The notes: a model not told the origin generated them from the letters alone. A stretch of DNA of 64,000 nucleotides from a bacterium (GCA_021371935.1 JAJFVF010000022.1:220419-284418), one strand, 5' to 3'; counted from the stretch's first letter, positions 39,001 through 48,704 are shown. Made by a program: numbers and translations.

Positions 39001-39346
39001 GACAGAGATCGAACCCGCCGCTGAGTCTCCATTGTCGGTTGAAGACGCATCGCCTGAGCTGGTTACTGAAGCAGCAGTCGAAGCAGCACCCAAACCCGCC
39101 AGAAAACGCACTCATCGGGGTGGAAGAAAACGCTCTACATCCAAAAAGTCTTTGGAAGAAGCTGCCGAGAGCAGCCCAATAGAGCCGGTCGTCGAAGCCA
39201 CACCTGAACCTGCTCCAGAGGCTGCAGCCCAGGAAGCACCTAAGAAAAAACGGCGCACATACACCAGGCGACCAAGGAAAAAACCAACTGAAAACACTGA
39301 GCAGGCTGACAGTTCTAAAACCATGCAGGATCAGCCTGCCGAGTAG
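36020..39346 (+). CDS. GH78 (alpha-L-rhamnosidase)-like six-hairpin glycosidase fused to a ~270-aa acidic/arginine-rich C-terminal tail with three R-x-HRGGR-like repeats
   Basis: N-terminal YARKTFDLPAKPSRAIIKTSADSRYKLYVNGEYVGKGP (Bac_rhamnosid_N pattern); FECSDPLLNDIW…FIDSPWQSRSQWWAD catalytic-domain pattern. Tail motifs RRSRRGGRGRNK, RKRSHRGGRRRSSK, RKRTHRGGRKRSTSKK, KKKRRTYTRRPRKK. The true start may be Met-35 (36122). Confidence 0.5.
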   Translation: MLESIISSMIPVVGADGSSRRPRRSRRQRPPHEDMGNWIWIQSAETTRNYYLYARKTFDLPAKPSRAIIKTSADSRYKLYVNGEYVGKGPVRSAAGISYYDTYDITGVLSKGKNVIAFHVMHFGENTSMCALRRPGLICKAEIELNDQKLEIETDQAWKVHRASDWTGQSARINNNLGFQEVYDSAERMDGWNEIKFKEKGWEEACIVGTAPAMPWGKLIERAIPQLDEEKILPASIVGLYNSPEHSKETAAQTVPEIMAASELVDLNAGSVKHAEALLTETGSCQVKTPRGDGGVVIILDFGREVFGNVEIGIGGSGSGTMDIGYSELLEDGHVKPTRGDMKYTDRVVLKKGKLNWQSFEPRAFRYMQIEFHACSKAVALEHIRVNQTTYPTELIGSFECSDPLLNDIWKTCAYTAKLCMEDTFIDSPWQSRSQWWADARIESRTAYYAFDDVKLLAQGLRQIADTQDRSGAVMGTYPASEDKLVPDFALNWVFSILDYYAFSDDSGLVRDLYPNVRRLMSWFDRYQNDFGLIGEVPGWIFIDSADLERHGVLTSLNCLYYQALRVTAALASILGKGNEADDYNESARVLRLAINKYLYSPEKGLYADCLKDGKLADKFSAQTNILAALFDIPDHYCKAAIIRTLQGNMLSETRTPYFTSHLLEVLYSMDRHKEALDMMRRKWGRSVEQGGGTFPEFFGDNGSKCHGWASGPARDLIAEYVGIKPILGMHRFSVTPHEGDLEWAKGSIATRTGLLTIEWRSTPRSFTIEARVPDGLKVDIYPPCPMNTKITLDGKAHPSCLVTIGGGNHTIKVTSARLPKPKPLGKLPKPVPIPIVELLDDLSVQDRKNLGLITSRHERNGSRRSRLKTSRKSKIEEAPIEILPTPELETLVEETEMIPEIAASATETAPEAETKPQKRRSRRGGRGRNKPAPQETAVAQVPEEKVEVEAVISNEPLETADEPKKTSRKRSHRGGRRRSSKSSQEAQTPADVPTEIEPAAESPLSVEDASPELVTEAAVEAAPKPARKRTHRGGRKRSTSKKSLEEAAESSPIEPVVEATPEPAPEAAAQEAPKKKRRTYTRRPRKKPTENTEQADSSKTMQDQPAE

Positions 39347-39355
39347 TCACATTAA

Positions 39356-39383
39356 TGGGGCGCTACTCCAACGTTGCGCCCCA
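39356..39383. terminator. GC hairpin between convergent genes (terminator-like)
   Basis: TGGGGCGC-N12-GCGCCCCA. Confidence 0.35.
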
Positions 39384-39390
39384 ATTATAA

Positions 39391-40284
39391 TCAGCTCTTT
39401 CTGGCCCAAAATGTGGTTCGCTCCAGTGAATCCTCATACGGGGCATCATCTCTATCTCCGAAGTGCTTCTCTACTACGAAACCATGCTTTTCAAGCCACT
39501 CGCGCACTTCGTATGTGCTTATTGGATGTTTCTGTTGAACGGTCTCCTTGGTTGTAATGGTTCCATCCGGGCTGGTCACAATAACCCAGCGCTTTGCTCG
39601 CCACAGCCGTTTGGGAGCATCGAACCAAATTGTTTCGCTCTCCCATTCAAACCGAATGCCGTCTGCGCTGGTCCAACTGCCTATTATTCCCGAATGACGC
39701 CCGGGCTGCCTCCAGGACTCAGCAAGTTCGCATTCCATATGGTCGCTGTCATAATAGAGATATCCGCCCGGCTTAAGCGCACGAGCGGCTGAGGCTATGC
39801 AGCCCTCCTGCTCCTCCGGCGTGGCAAGCTCATAAAAACAATTGCCGCCCAAAATCACCAGGTCGAAGGCCTGCGGCCAGACATACTCAGTGACATCTGC
39901 CTCGATAAACGACACCCTACCCAACACCTCCTGAGAGAGCGCCATTGCTTTGCGCCTGGCTCGATCCATAAGAGCCTTTGATTTGTCGATCCCGACCAGC
40001 TCATGGCCGTCCTGAGCAAGCGGGATCAGTATTCGACCCGTGCCGCAAAACGGCTCCAAAATCCTCATGTTCTTACGTGCACCGATCAATCGGCGAATCT
40101 GAACGACATCATCGATGTCGCGCTGAGTGAAATCATACCACTGAGCTATATGCGGATCCAGGTCATACCAGTTAACATCATTCTTACTCAAGTTTGCGTC
40201 TCCTTTGACTTTGTTCCGAATGCCTGGGCTATTCGGCGGAGCGCATTGTCGGACTTTGTTACCGAAGCTTCGCTCCATAAGCAA
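39391..40284 (-). CDS. Class I SAM-dependent methyltransferase
   Basis: Motif I ILEPFCGTGRILIPLA, acidic post-I residue, motif II DLVILGGN. Confidence 0.75.
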   Translation of the reverse strand: MLMERSFGNKVRQCAPPNSPGIRNKVKGDANLSKNDVNWYDLDPHIAQWYDFTQRDIDDVVQIRRLIGARKNMRILEPFCGTGRILIPLAQDGHELVGIDKSKALMDRARRKAMALSQEVLGRVSFIEADVTEYVWPQAFDLVILGGNCFYELATPEEQEGCIASAARALKPGGYLYYDSDHMECELAESWRQPGRHSGIIGSWTSADGIRFEWESETIWFDAPKRLWRAKRWVIVTSPDGTITTKETVQQKHPISTYEVREWLEKHGFVVEKHFGDRDDAPYEDSLERTTFWARKS

Positions 40285-40528
40285 GTAATAATGTGTACGT
40301 CATATCAAGTGCCTCCTTTCTCTAAGCAATTTACGGTCAGTAAATTGCACGATTGCATGTAGTTTTACTGTTATGAAAAACTATAGTGGTATGCAAGCGA
40401 CCAACCGTGATTTACTTAGGGCATTGCGCCCTCCAACTATATAGAATGAAAGTCCCACATGGATAAACCACCGCCGAAGGGAAAATGGCAGCCGAGCGTG
40501 AAGATACCTGTACGTATATGGGTATATA

Positions 40529-40601
40529 CCCGCATTATTCACGAAGAACGTGAATAATGCTCTCGGAGACCCGGATTATGCGCTTCCCGCATAATCCGGG
40601 T
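40529..40601 (-). repeat. Double-hairpin intergenic repeat element, copy 4 (inverted orientation), flanked by GGGTATATACCC palindrome
   Basis: The reverse complement matches the consensus of copies 1-3. A 12-bp perfect palindrome at 40520-40531 overlaps its end. Confidence 0.8.
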
Positions 40602-40633
40602 ATAAGTCGGGAAAGACTTTTGGAGGCAGGCAA

Positions 40634-43342
40634 TTGAGAAGAATCAACCACTTTATAGTCCTTGCGATAATATTCCAGGCTCTGGTGATATCGTGCGCTT
40701 GGGGGCAGGCATCGGGCGTGGTCGAGACAAAGCTCGACAACGGCCTGGTGGTGCTCACCAAAGAAGTGCATGCCGCACCGGTGTTCACTGCGCAGGTGTG
40801 GTTCAAGGTCGGCTCGCGCAATGAGCATACCGGCATCACAGGCATCTCGCACATGCTCGAACACATGCTCTTCAACTCCAGCAAGAACTATAAAAGGGGC
40901 GAAATCAGCTCAATGATTCGCAAGCGCGGCGGCATCGAAAACGCCGCCACATGGACCGACTTCACATATTACTGGCAACTGCTGTCAAGCGACAACCTCG
41001 AATTCTCGATGAAGACCCTCGCCGAACGTGTGGGCAATGCGCTGTTGCTCAAAGATGAGTTCGCAAATGAGCGCACGGTCGTCCTTTCAGAGCTTCAGGG
41101 TGATGAGAACAATCCCGGCTGGCTGGTCTATCGCGACAATATGTCCACTGCATTCATGGCTCACCCGTACCAGTGGCCGGTGATCGGTTGGGAGTCGGAC
41201 GTGAGAAATATAGACGTCAGTCAGCTCCGCGCATATTATTATACCTATTATCATCCAAACAACGCGACACTTGTCCTGGTCGGCGATTTCAATACTCAAA
41301 AGGCTCTGGCACTGGTAAAGAAATACTTCGGCGACAAGCCCAAAAAGCAGCTTCCAAGGCCGGTATACACCACCGAGCCGCCTCAAAAGGGCGAGCGCGA
41401 CGTGGTCGTCAGGCAGGAAGGCAGCACACAGCGAATCATTCTGACATATCATATTCCTGATATCAATGATCCAGATTCGTATCCGCTTATGGTTTTGGAC
41501 CAGGTAATCAGCGGCGGCAGGGCGAGCAGGCTGTATCAATCTATGGTCGAGTCCGGACTGGCGACTTCGGCATGGTCGAATGCGGGCATTCGCAAAGACC
41601 CATGTCTGTTCTTTATCGGAGCCACCGCAAGGCAGGGGATAGACGCTGATGCGCTGGAAAAAGAACTGATCAACCAGATCGAAAAACTAAAATCCACTCT
41701 GCCGACAGATGAAGAGATGCAGGCCGCCAAGAATCAGCTCGAAGCATATGTAATCTTCCAGAACGACAGCGTATCGGACCAGGGCGAACAGCTTGGTTAC
41801 TATAACACTGTCGCAAACTGGCATTACCTTGAGACTCTGATTCCACGGATAAAGGCCGTGACCTCCGAAAGAGTGCGCGATGTGGCTCGAAAATATCTGG
41901 TGGCGGAGAACATGACCAAAGCCACATTCATCCCGACAAACGGCTCCAAGGGCGGGAGTAACGGTGTGCCAACAGGTCCGGTGCATTATGATAAGCGCAT
42001 GCCCGATCTGTGTAATTATACTTCTGCGGCAGTGTCAAAAACAGCGCCGGTCAAGCCTTTACCCATAAAAAATGCATCGAGCAAAAGCTTGACGAAGCCA
42101 TACAGGACAGTGCTGCCCAACGGTATGGTCGTGATCGTGCAGGAAAACCATTCCAACCCGACTGTTGCGGTCTCAGGTTATATCAAGGCAGGCAGTTACT
42201 TCGACCCCAAGGACAAAGGGGGCACTGCCGCGCTTGTTGCCGAGATGATAGGCAGGGGAACAAAGACCCGCTCAGCTCTCGATCTGGCAAAGCTGGTCGA
42301 ATACGTCGGGGCAAATGTCGATACGTCGGCTGATGTAGAATATATGAGCTTTAGCGCCAAATCTCTGACCAAAGACTTCCCACTGATACTCGATATCTTA
42401 TCCGATGAACTGCGCAATGCCGATTTTCCGCAGGACCAGTTCGATAAGGCCATCAGCGAAAGAGCATCCGCACTTGAACAGAGCAAGGAATCACCAGAGT
42501 CCATGGCCTATCGTGCTTTTTATAACACCGTATTTCCGGCGGACCACCCATATCATGAGTTGACTGCCGACCAGGCGCAGCAGGAGATGAAGAACATCAC
42601 CCGCAGCGATCTGGTGAGCTTCTATAACGCTTATTACAGGCCGGACACGACGATCATCACGATTGCGGGCGATGTGACCGGCTCGCAGGCCGTGGAGTTG
42701 GTTAAAAAATACTTCGGCGACTGGAGCGTATCCGGTCCCACCCCGACAATCGACGTCCCTACCATTCAGACGCAGACTCAACCTGATAAGGTCGTGATTC
42801 CTATGGCGGACAAGAGCGAGGTGAATGTGATCTATGGCTATGCACTTGGAGTTAAGCGCTCAGACCCTGATTATTATGCGCTGCGTGTGATGAACCAGGT
42901 CCTCGGCGGTGGCGGTGCGCTCGGAAGCATTTTGGGGACGGCTATGCGCGAAAAGCGTGGGCTTGTCTATAATGTCTATTCGACATTCGATGCATCTTTA
43001 GGTGCAGGTCCGTGGTATGTCACTCTCGGCACAAATCCAAAGAATGTCGATCAGGCGATAGATGTGCTCAAGGCCGAGATGGACAAGATGAAAGAGAACG
43101 GTGTCTCGAAGGACAAATTCATACAGGCAAGAGACTTCATCATAGGCATTTTCCCAATCGCTCTGGAGACCAATGAAGGTGTCGCGCGAGTGCTTCTGAA
43201 CGCTGAATTCTATGGTCTTGGCATGGACTATCTGCAGAACTACTCGAAGATTTACGGATCGGTGACGCTCGACCAGGTGAACGCCGCCGCAAAGAAATAT
43301 TTGCACCCGGATAATGGCACTCTGGTAATTGCAGGTTCTTAG
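40634..43342 (+). CDS. Secreted two-unit M16-family zinc peptidase (PqqL-like)
   Basis: Signal peptide; HxxEH motif ISHMLEHMLF in the first unit; a second M16 unit lacking the motif. TTG start after GGAGG. Confidence 0.8.
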   Translation: MRRINHFIVLAIIFQALVISCAWGQASGVVETKLDNGLVVLTKEVHAAPVFTAQVWFKVGSRNEHTGITGISHMLEHMLFNSSKNYKRGEISSMIRKRGGIENAATWTDFTYYWQLLSSDNLEFSMKTLAERVGNALLLKDEFANERTVVLSELQGDENNPGWLVYRDNMSTAFMAHPYQWPVIGWESDVRNIDVSQLRAYYYTYYHPNNATLVLVGDFNTQKALALVKKYFGDKPKKQLPRPVYTTEPPQKGERDVVVRQEGSTQRIILTYHIPDINDPDSYPLMVLDQVISGGRASRLYQSMVESGLATSAWSNAGIRKDPCLFFIGATARQGIDADALEKELINQIEKLKSTLPTDEEMQAAKNQLEAYVIFQNDSVSDQGEQLGYYNTVANWHYLETLIPRIKAVTSERVRDVARKYLVAENMTKATFIPTNGSKGGSNGVPTGPVHYDKRMPDLCNYTSAAVSKTAPVKPLPIKNASSKSLTKPYRTVLPNGMVVIVQENHSNPTVAVSGYIKAGSYFDPKDKGGTAALVAEMIGRGTKTRSALDLAKLVEYVGANVDTSADVEYMSFSAKSLTKDFPLILDILSDELRNADFPQDQFDKAISERASALEQSKESPESMAYRAFYNTVFPADHPYHELTADQAQQEMKNITRSDLVSFYNAYYRPDTTIITIAGDVTGSQAVELVKKYFGDWSVSGPTPTIDVPTIQTQTQPDKVVIPMADKSEVNVIYGYALGVKRSDPDYYALRVMNQVLGGGGALGSILGTAMREKRGLVYNVYSTFDASLGAGPWYVTLGTNPKNVDQAIDVLKAEMDKMKENGVSKDKFIQARDFIIGIFPIALETNEGVARVLLNAEFYGLGMDYLQNYSKIYGSVTLDQVNAAAKKYLHPDNGTLVIAGS

Positions 43343-43356
43343 CCTAAAATTCGCAT

Positions 43357-44940
43357 TTGAGCAGGCCAATAATTTTTGTATACCAAACACTTGGTGCTCC
43401 GGTTGTGATAACTGACGGTTGTGCCAAACCACAGAGGGATCGTTTGTATTCGGTCAGAGTTCGTATATTGCTTCTGCTGCTGATTCTGGTTGGGCTGATC
43501 ATCCTGGTGATCGGCTCATGGCATTGGCATCAATCCGCACAACTGGAAACAATACGAGATGCTTCCTCAAAAGGCTATGTGACGCTGATGGCGGAAATTG
43601 ATAAAGAGGAGAGTCTCTGTAAACGCACCACATTAATGTTTGGTGCCTTTATATGTTTTATCGCCGTTGCTTTATACGCCATAATGATCCGATGGGTATG
43701 CCGTCCTTTCATAGCACTGTCGAAAGCCATGACCGAACAGTCGCCTGAGCCTCTGTGTGTGCTCGATGGTGACAGAAGCGAGTTCGGGCAGTTTGCATCG
43801 CTCATACGCGATCACATTCAGCAGACGTCAGACCTCAAGACAATCATCGATTCGATTCTAATTGGAGTCGTTATAATTGATGCCCGGACACATGAGATAC
43901 TCGATGTCAATCCGACTGTCGCTGCTATGATCGGATCATCAAAGGAAGAGATAATCGGGCATGAATGTCATCATCACATTTGCCCGGCAGAGAGGGGCAA
44001 GTGTCCCGTCACGGACCTTGGGCAGACTGTTGACTTCTCATCTGAACGTGTCTGTCTTACAGCCGATGGGCTCCGAGTTCCGATTCTGAAGACAGTGGTT
44101 CCGATCACACTAAACGGCAGGAAGTGCCTGCTTGAAAACTTTATAGATATCTCCAAACACAAGGAAGTCGAAGAAGCACTAAGGCTCGCTAAGGAAGAGG
44201 CAGAGGCTGCAAATCAAGCGAAAAGCGAATTCCTGGCAAATATGAGCCATGAGATCCGCACGCCGATGAACGGCATCATCGGTATGACTCAACTAGCCCT
44301 CGAAACCCAGCTTACTGATGAACAGCGAGACTACCTGCAATACGTAAAGTCCTCAGCCGATACGCTGCTGACTCTGATAAACGATGTTCTCGATTTTTCA
44401 AATATGCAGGCCAAAAAGCTGGAGTTGGAATCAGTCGACTTCAGCCTGAGGAATATGCTGCGGGACACGATTGCCTGCTTTACGACAAAAGCGGACACCA
44501 AAGGATTGGAACTAACATACAATGTTAGGGAAAACGTGCCGGATAGCCTGATCGGCGATCTTGTGCGAACGCGCCAGGTTATCATGATCCTGATCGGAAA
44601 TGCGATCAAGTTCACTGAGCATGGCGAGATTGCGTTGAGCGTAGAAATGAATGCCTGCGCTGATAATAAAACGACCTTGCTATTCTCAGTTTCAGATACA
44701 GGCATCGGCATCCCACCCGAAAAGAAAAAGACGATATTTCTTCCGTTTGAGCAGGCCGATGGTTCATTGACCAGAGACTACGGCGGTTTGGGACTCGGTC
44801 TGGCAATCACACACGATCTTGTGCGGCTTATGGGCGGAGAGATATGGTTCGACAGTGAGATCGGCATGGGCTCGACATTCCATTTTACACTAGCATTCGA
44901 TCTACCCTCGTCCAGTCGAGCGGATCAGGAAGCAGCATAA
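43357..44940 (+). CDS. Membrane-bound PAS-domain sensor histidine kinase (no receiver domain, no adjacent response regulator)
   Basis: Two TM helices, PAS-like segment, H-box [15 protein letters not shown]1/G2 boxes (DTGIGIP…GGLGLGLAI). Confidence 0.8.
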   Translation: MSRPIIFVYQTLGAPVVITDGCAKPQRDRLYSVRVRILLLLLILVGLIILVIGSWHWHQSAQLETIRDASSKGYVTLMAEIDKEESLCKRTTLMFGAFICFIAVALYAIMIRWVCRPFIALSKAMTEQSPEPLCVLDGDRSEFGQFASLIRDHIQQTSDLKTIIDSILIGVVIIDARTHEILDVNPTVAAMIGSSKEEIIGHECHHHICPAERGKCPVTDLGQTVDFSSERVCLTADGLRVPILKTVVPITLNGRKCLLENFIDISKHKEVEEALRLAKEEAEAANQAKSEFLANMSHEIRTPMNGIIGMTQLALETQLTDEQRDYLQYVKSSADTLLTLINDVLDFSNMQAKKLELESVDFSLRNMLRDTIACFTTKADTKGLELTYNVRENVPDSLIGDLVRTRQVIMILIGNAIKFTEHGEIALSVEMNACADNKTTLLFSVSDTGIGIPPEKKKTIFLPFEQADGSLTRDYGGLGLGLAITHDLVRLMGGEIWFDSEIGMGSTFHFTLAFDLPSSSRADQEAA

Positions 44941-45073
44941 ATGGCTATTATCACACGTCAGTGAGTGTAAAGTTCAAAAAGCCGATTATCGTTAAAATCC
45001 AGCATACGTTACCTAACACCCATATCATTCTGAGTCTGGATATCCGAATCCTGACCCCAAATGGAGGTGCATT

Positions 45074-45757
45074 ATGAACAAACGAATTCTATTGTTTAGC
45101 TGCGCGCTGGTTCTTCTGACAACGTGCTGCTGCGCATTTGCGTCCGACGGAAAAAAGTCTGATGATGTGTATATCACACTGCCGCAGCCGCAAATTGACA
45201 CAACGGTCACAGTGGACCAGGCGATAAAGCAGCGGCGATCCGTTCGGACTTACGCATCCGAGCCGGTCAGCCTGCAGCAGGTCTCACAGCTTTTGTGGGC
45301 TGCTCAGGGAATTACCGACCCGGCGACAGGCCATCGCACTGCGCCTTCGGCCATGGCGACTTATCCTCTGACTGTGTATCTGGTGGCTGCAAATGTAAAA
45401 GACCTGACCCCTGGAGCATATGAATATATACCCGACGGGCACAAACTCAAGCCGGTCAAAGATGGTGATCAGCGCATCAATATCGGTAATCAGCCGCAAA
45501 TGGTGAGCGCTCCCGTGCTGTTCGTATATGCCGCCGATTACAAGGTCACCGGTGAGAAATTCGGCAAGGAAAAGGCCAAAGAGTTCGCATGCATTGAGAT
45601 CGGTCATTCTGCGCAGAATGTACTATTGGAAGAAGTCGCTTTGGGTCTTATCGGTGTGGGAATGGCCGGGCTTGACCAAGCAAAAACCACAGCCACCCTC
45701 GGGCTAACAAAGAGTCAGGAGCCGCTGTATGTCGTGTCCGCGGGAAAGAAGCTTTAG
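45074..45757 (+). CDS. Nitroreductase/SagB-type dehydrogenase-family protein with lipoprotein-type signal peptide
   Basis: RRSVRTY start of the nitroreductase fold; SAQNVLLEEVALGLIGVGMAG. N-terminal LLTTCCC lipobox-like sequence. Confidence 0.5.
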   Translation: MNKRILLFSCALVLLTTCCCAFASDGKKSDDVYITLPQPQIDTTVTVDQAIKQRRSVRTYASEPVSLQQVSQLLWAAQGITDPATGHRTAPSAMATYPLTVYLVAANVKDLTPGAYEYIPDGHKLKPVKDGDQRINIGNQPQMVSAPVLFVYAADYKVTGEKFGKEKAKEFACIEIGHSAQNVLLEEVALGLIGVGMAGLDQAKTTATLGLTKSQEPLYVVSAGKKL

Positions 45758-45827
45758 GCGGGCTGTCGCTATCTGAGATTGTGGGCTTCCATTTCTGGCG
45801 CGACCGGATATCGCACCCGACCATTAA

Positions 45828-46778
45828 TCATTTGGCACCCAATACCTGTTTATGGAAGTCGCCATGCATTCTGCGCAGTGCGCTGCGGCACTCGCGCGGG
45901 CTGTAACCCCAGAACTTTTTGAAGACACGACTGAAATATTGAGGCGATGGATAGCCAAAGTGGTCGGCGATGCCGGTCACTGTGTTGTGTGTGTCCTCCA
46001 GCATCCTGATTGCGGCGTGCATCAACACATGCCTAATATAGCCGCTGAGGGTCATACCGGTCTTTTCGGCGAAAACATGAGACAGGCGTGACTCGCTCAG
46101 GCAGCAGGCGTCGGCAATCTGTTTTATGCTCAGACCGTGGCGTGAATTGGCGTCTATATAAGCTCTGGCGCTGCCCACCACATCGCAAAATGCCTGTCGG
46201 TCTCTGGCGCTGGGCGCGATCTTGCGGGCAATGAGATATAGTATTCGAGTCATCAGGCTGCTGACCACGTTCTGCACACCGAAGTTGGACCTCCTCAACT
46301 CATCCAGCATCTGAGCGAGGAGCGGCTTGAGATCATAACAGTCATGAAACTGTCTGCGGCGGTTTTTCATATATGCAAAACCAAGCTCCTCCGGCTCTAT
46401 CCTATCAATCCCAAAATATATAAAATGCCATCCTTCCTTCTCCTTACTGATGGGGCTGAACTGATGAATGTCGCCTGGTTTCGTGACGAGCACATCACCA
46501 GGGCGCAATATATACCTTTTCTGACCGATAAGCACATCAACTTCGCCAGTCAGGAATAGACTGAACTCATAGTGTCCATGAGTATGCAGACTGACAACAT
46601 TATCCGGGCTGTGTATCACATCACCCACGTATATCGGATATGGTTTGATATCACGGTCCGCGCTCACAAACAAACATTCATTGTAATAGAGATTTTGTTT
46701 CATATACCTGCACGCCGAATAGTATTGCAGCCGTCCGGCTCCCCAGAAAAAATCAGCAATATCAGCATTATAAGACAC
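45828..46778 (-). CDS. AraC-family transcriptional regulator (cupin + HTH)
   Basis: C-terminal dual HTH (…IKQIADACCLSESRLSHVFAEKTG…IADHFGYPSPQYFSRVFKKFWGYSP). Divergent from the sugar-catabolic operon. Confidence 0.8.
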   Translation of the reverse strand: MSYNADIADFFWGAGRLQYYSACRYMKQNLYYNECLFVSADRDIKPYPIYVGDVIHSPDNVVSLHTHGHYEFSLFLTGEVDVLIGQKRYILRPGDVLVTKPGDIHQFSPISKEKEGWHFIYFGIDRIEPEELGFAYMKNRRRQFHDCYDLKPLLAQMLDELRRSNFGVQNVVSSLMTRILYLIARKIAPSARDRQAFCDVVGSARAYIDANSRHGLSIKQIADACCLSESRLSHVFAEKTGMTLSGYIRHVLMHAAIRMLEDTHNTVTGIADHFGYPSPQYFSRVFKKFWGYSPRECRSALRRMHGDFHKQVLGAK

Positions 46779-46889
46779 AATTCTGCATCTAGCAACCTGT
46801 GATGCTCAGCATATTTTGACATGGTAATCACAGCGCACAGTTTACCTCGTGCTATACTGAATTTGTCGAATAACCTGCGGAGGTCATAT

Positions 46890-47738
46890 ATGGCAAAAAG
46901 AATAGGATTCTACGATAACAAACTTGAAAACTGGCATGCAAACACATATCTGGAAATCTTGCGCGACAAGTTGCCGGACTGCGGATACGAGATATCTGTC
47001 TGCAAAGCTCTGGACGAAGCCGATGGACGCGAGTGGGCAAAAAAGAACAATGTACCTTATGCAGGGTCTATCGAAGAGTTCGCCGATAAGTGCGACTATG
47101 TGATGATCCTTGCTCCGAGCGACCCCGAACTCCATCTTCAGATGGCCGAGACTATCCTACCGCTTGGCAAGACTACCTTTATCGACAAAACTTTCGCACC
47201 GGACCTTGCGACTGCACGAAAGATATTTGCATTGGCCGACAAGCACAATGTCGCCGTAATAACCACTTCAGCACTCAGATTCACGGACGAGTTCAATGCC
47301 GTGGTCAAGGAAATCGGCAAGAGCGGTATTAAACATATGTCGATGTGGGGCGGTGGAAGGTCGTTCGGCGAATACAGCATACACCCGGTCGAGGGTATTA
47401 TCTCCACCATGGGCGCGGATGTCACGCATGTAATGCGCTGGGGAGATGAACAGTTCAGCCAGGTAAATATGAAATTCAAAGGCGGTCGGACTGCCACTGC
47501 ATATGTTTATGTCAATATTGCATGCCCATATATGGCTGTAATAACGGATGCGAAGGAAGTCAAGTTCCATAATGTCGACTCACCGATATTCGACACTCAG
47601 ACAAAGCATATTCTCGACTTCTTCGCCAAAGGCAAACCCACAATCCCGCGCGAGGAGTCTTTGGCAGTCAGAGAAATTCTTGATATCGCGAGCGACCCGA
47701 AAAACCATGGCAAGTGGGTCGCAACCAGTCTTGCATAA
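46890..47738 (+). CDS. Gfo/Idh/MocA-like oxidoreductase with degenerate dinucleotide-binding motif
   Basis: Central DYVMILAPSDPELHLQMAETILPLGKTTFIDKTFA fits the Gfo fold, but the N-terminus lacks GxGxxG. Start placed after GGAGG. Confidence 0.4.
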   Translation: MAKRIGFYDNKLENWHANTYLEILRDKLPDCGYEISVCKALDEADGREWAKKNNVPYAGSIEEFADKCDYVMILAPSDPELHLQMAETILPLGKTTFIDKTFAPDLATARKIFALADKHNVAVITTSALRFTDEFNAVVKEIGKSGIKHMSMWGGGRSFGEYSIHPVEGIISTMGADVTHVMRWGDEQFSQVNMKFKGGRTATAYVYVNIACPYMAVITDAKEVKFHNVDSPIFDTQTKHILDFFAKGKPTIPREESLAVREILDIASDPKNHGKWVATSLA

Positions 47739-47747
47739 GGGAGGATT

Positions 47748-48704
47748 ATGATGACTTATAAAGCAGCAATAATCGGTTGTGGCAATATTGCGCGGTCCCA
47801 TTCATCCGGCTACAAAGCCGCTGGCGCAGAAGTGATTGCAGTCACGGATGTCTATGAGGAACCGGCCAACACCCTGGCATCAGAACTCGGAGCCAAAGTA
47901 TATCGCGACTTCAAAGCTCTGATAGATCAGGCAAAGCCGGATGTGGTGAGCATATGCACCCCACCCGCGTTTCATGAGCAGGCGGCTGTTTACGCACTCG
48001 AAGCCGGAGTAAACGTATTATGTGAAAAGCCCATGGCCCACAGCGTAAAAAGTGCCCAGGCAATCAAGAATGCGGCGGACGCAAGTAAGGGTCTTTTCAT
48101 GCCTGCATTCAGACACAGGTTCATTCCTGCAAACATCAAACTCAAAGAAATGATAGCCGAAGGTAAGATCGGCGATGTTGTCGTATTTAACAATGCGTTC
48201 GGCGGACCGATGTTCAATATGGAAGGTAAATGGTTCACCAAGAAGGACATCGCGGGCGGCGGGTGCCTGCTGGACACCAGCAGCCATTCGGTCGATCTAT
48301 TCAGGTTCATGATCGGTGAGATAAAAAGCCAGAATGGCGCAATCACTCGTCACTTCAAGAGCACGGACGTTGAAGATGCGGGTATGATCTGCGTCTCAAC
48401 ACAAAATGGCGCCATGGGAAACATTCAGAGCGGCTTTGTGCTGGGTGACTGGGTAGCAAATATAGAAATTTATGGGACCAAGGGACACCTGATCTTTGAT
48501 TACAATACCGGACCGAACGTGAAATACCGCGCCACAGGAGAGAGCGAATGGACCACTATCGAACTATCGCCCTCAACCGGATTCAATGAAGAAATAGAGC
48601 ATTTTTTGGGCGCAATAGGCGGCAAACATCCGCTTGCCATTACGGCATATGACGGACTGAGATGTGCAGAGGTAATTTTCTCGGTGTATGGACAGAATTC
48701 CTAG
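47748..48704 (+). CDS. Gfo/Idh/MocA-family oxidoreductase
   Basis: AAIIGCGNIARSH, EKPMAHS motif. Confidence 0.8.
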   Translation: MMTYKAAIIGCGNIARSHSSGYKAAGAEVIAVTDVYEEPANTLASELGAKVYRDFKALIDQAKPDVVSICTPPAFHEQAAVYALEAGVNVLCEKPMAHSVKSAQAIKNAADASKGLFMPAFRHRFIPANIKLKEMIAEGKIGDVVVFNNAFGGPMFNMEGKWFTKKDIAGGGCLLDTSSHSVDLFRFMIGEIKSQNGAITRHFKSTDVEDAGMICVSTQNGAMGNIQSGFVLGDWVANIEIYGTKGHLIFDYNTGPNVKYRATGESEWTTIELSPSTGFNEEIEHFLGAIGGKHPLAITAYDGLRCAEVIFSVYGQNS

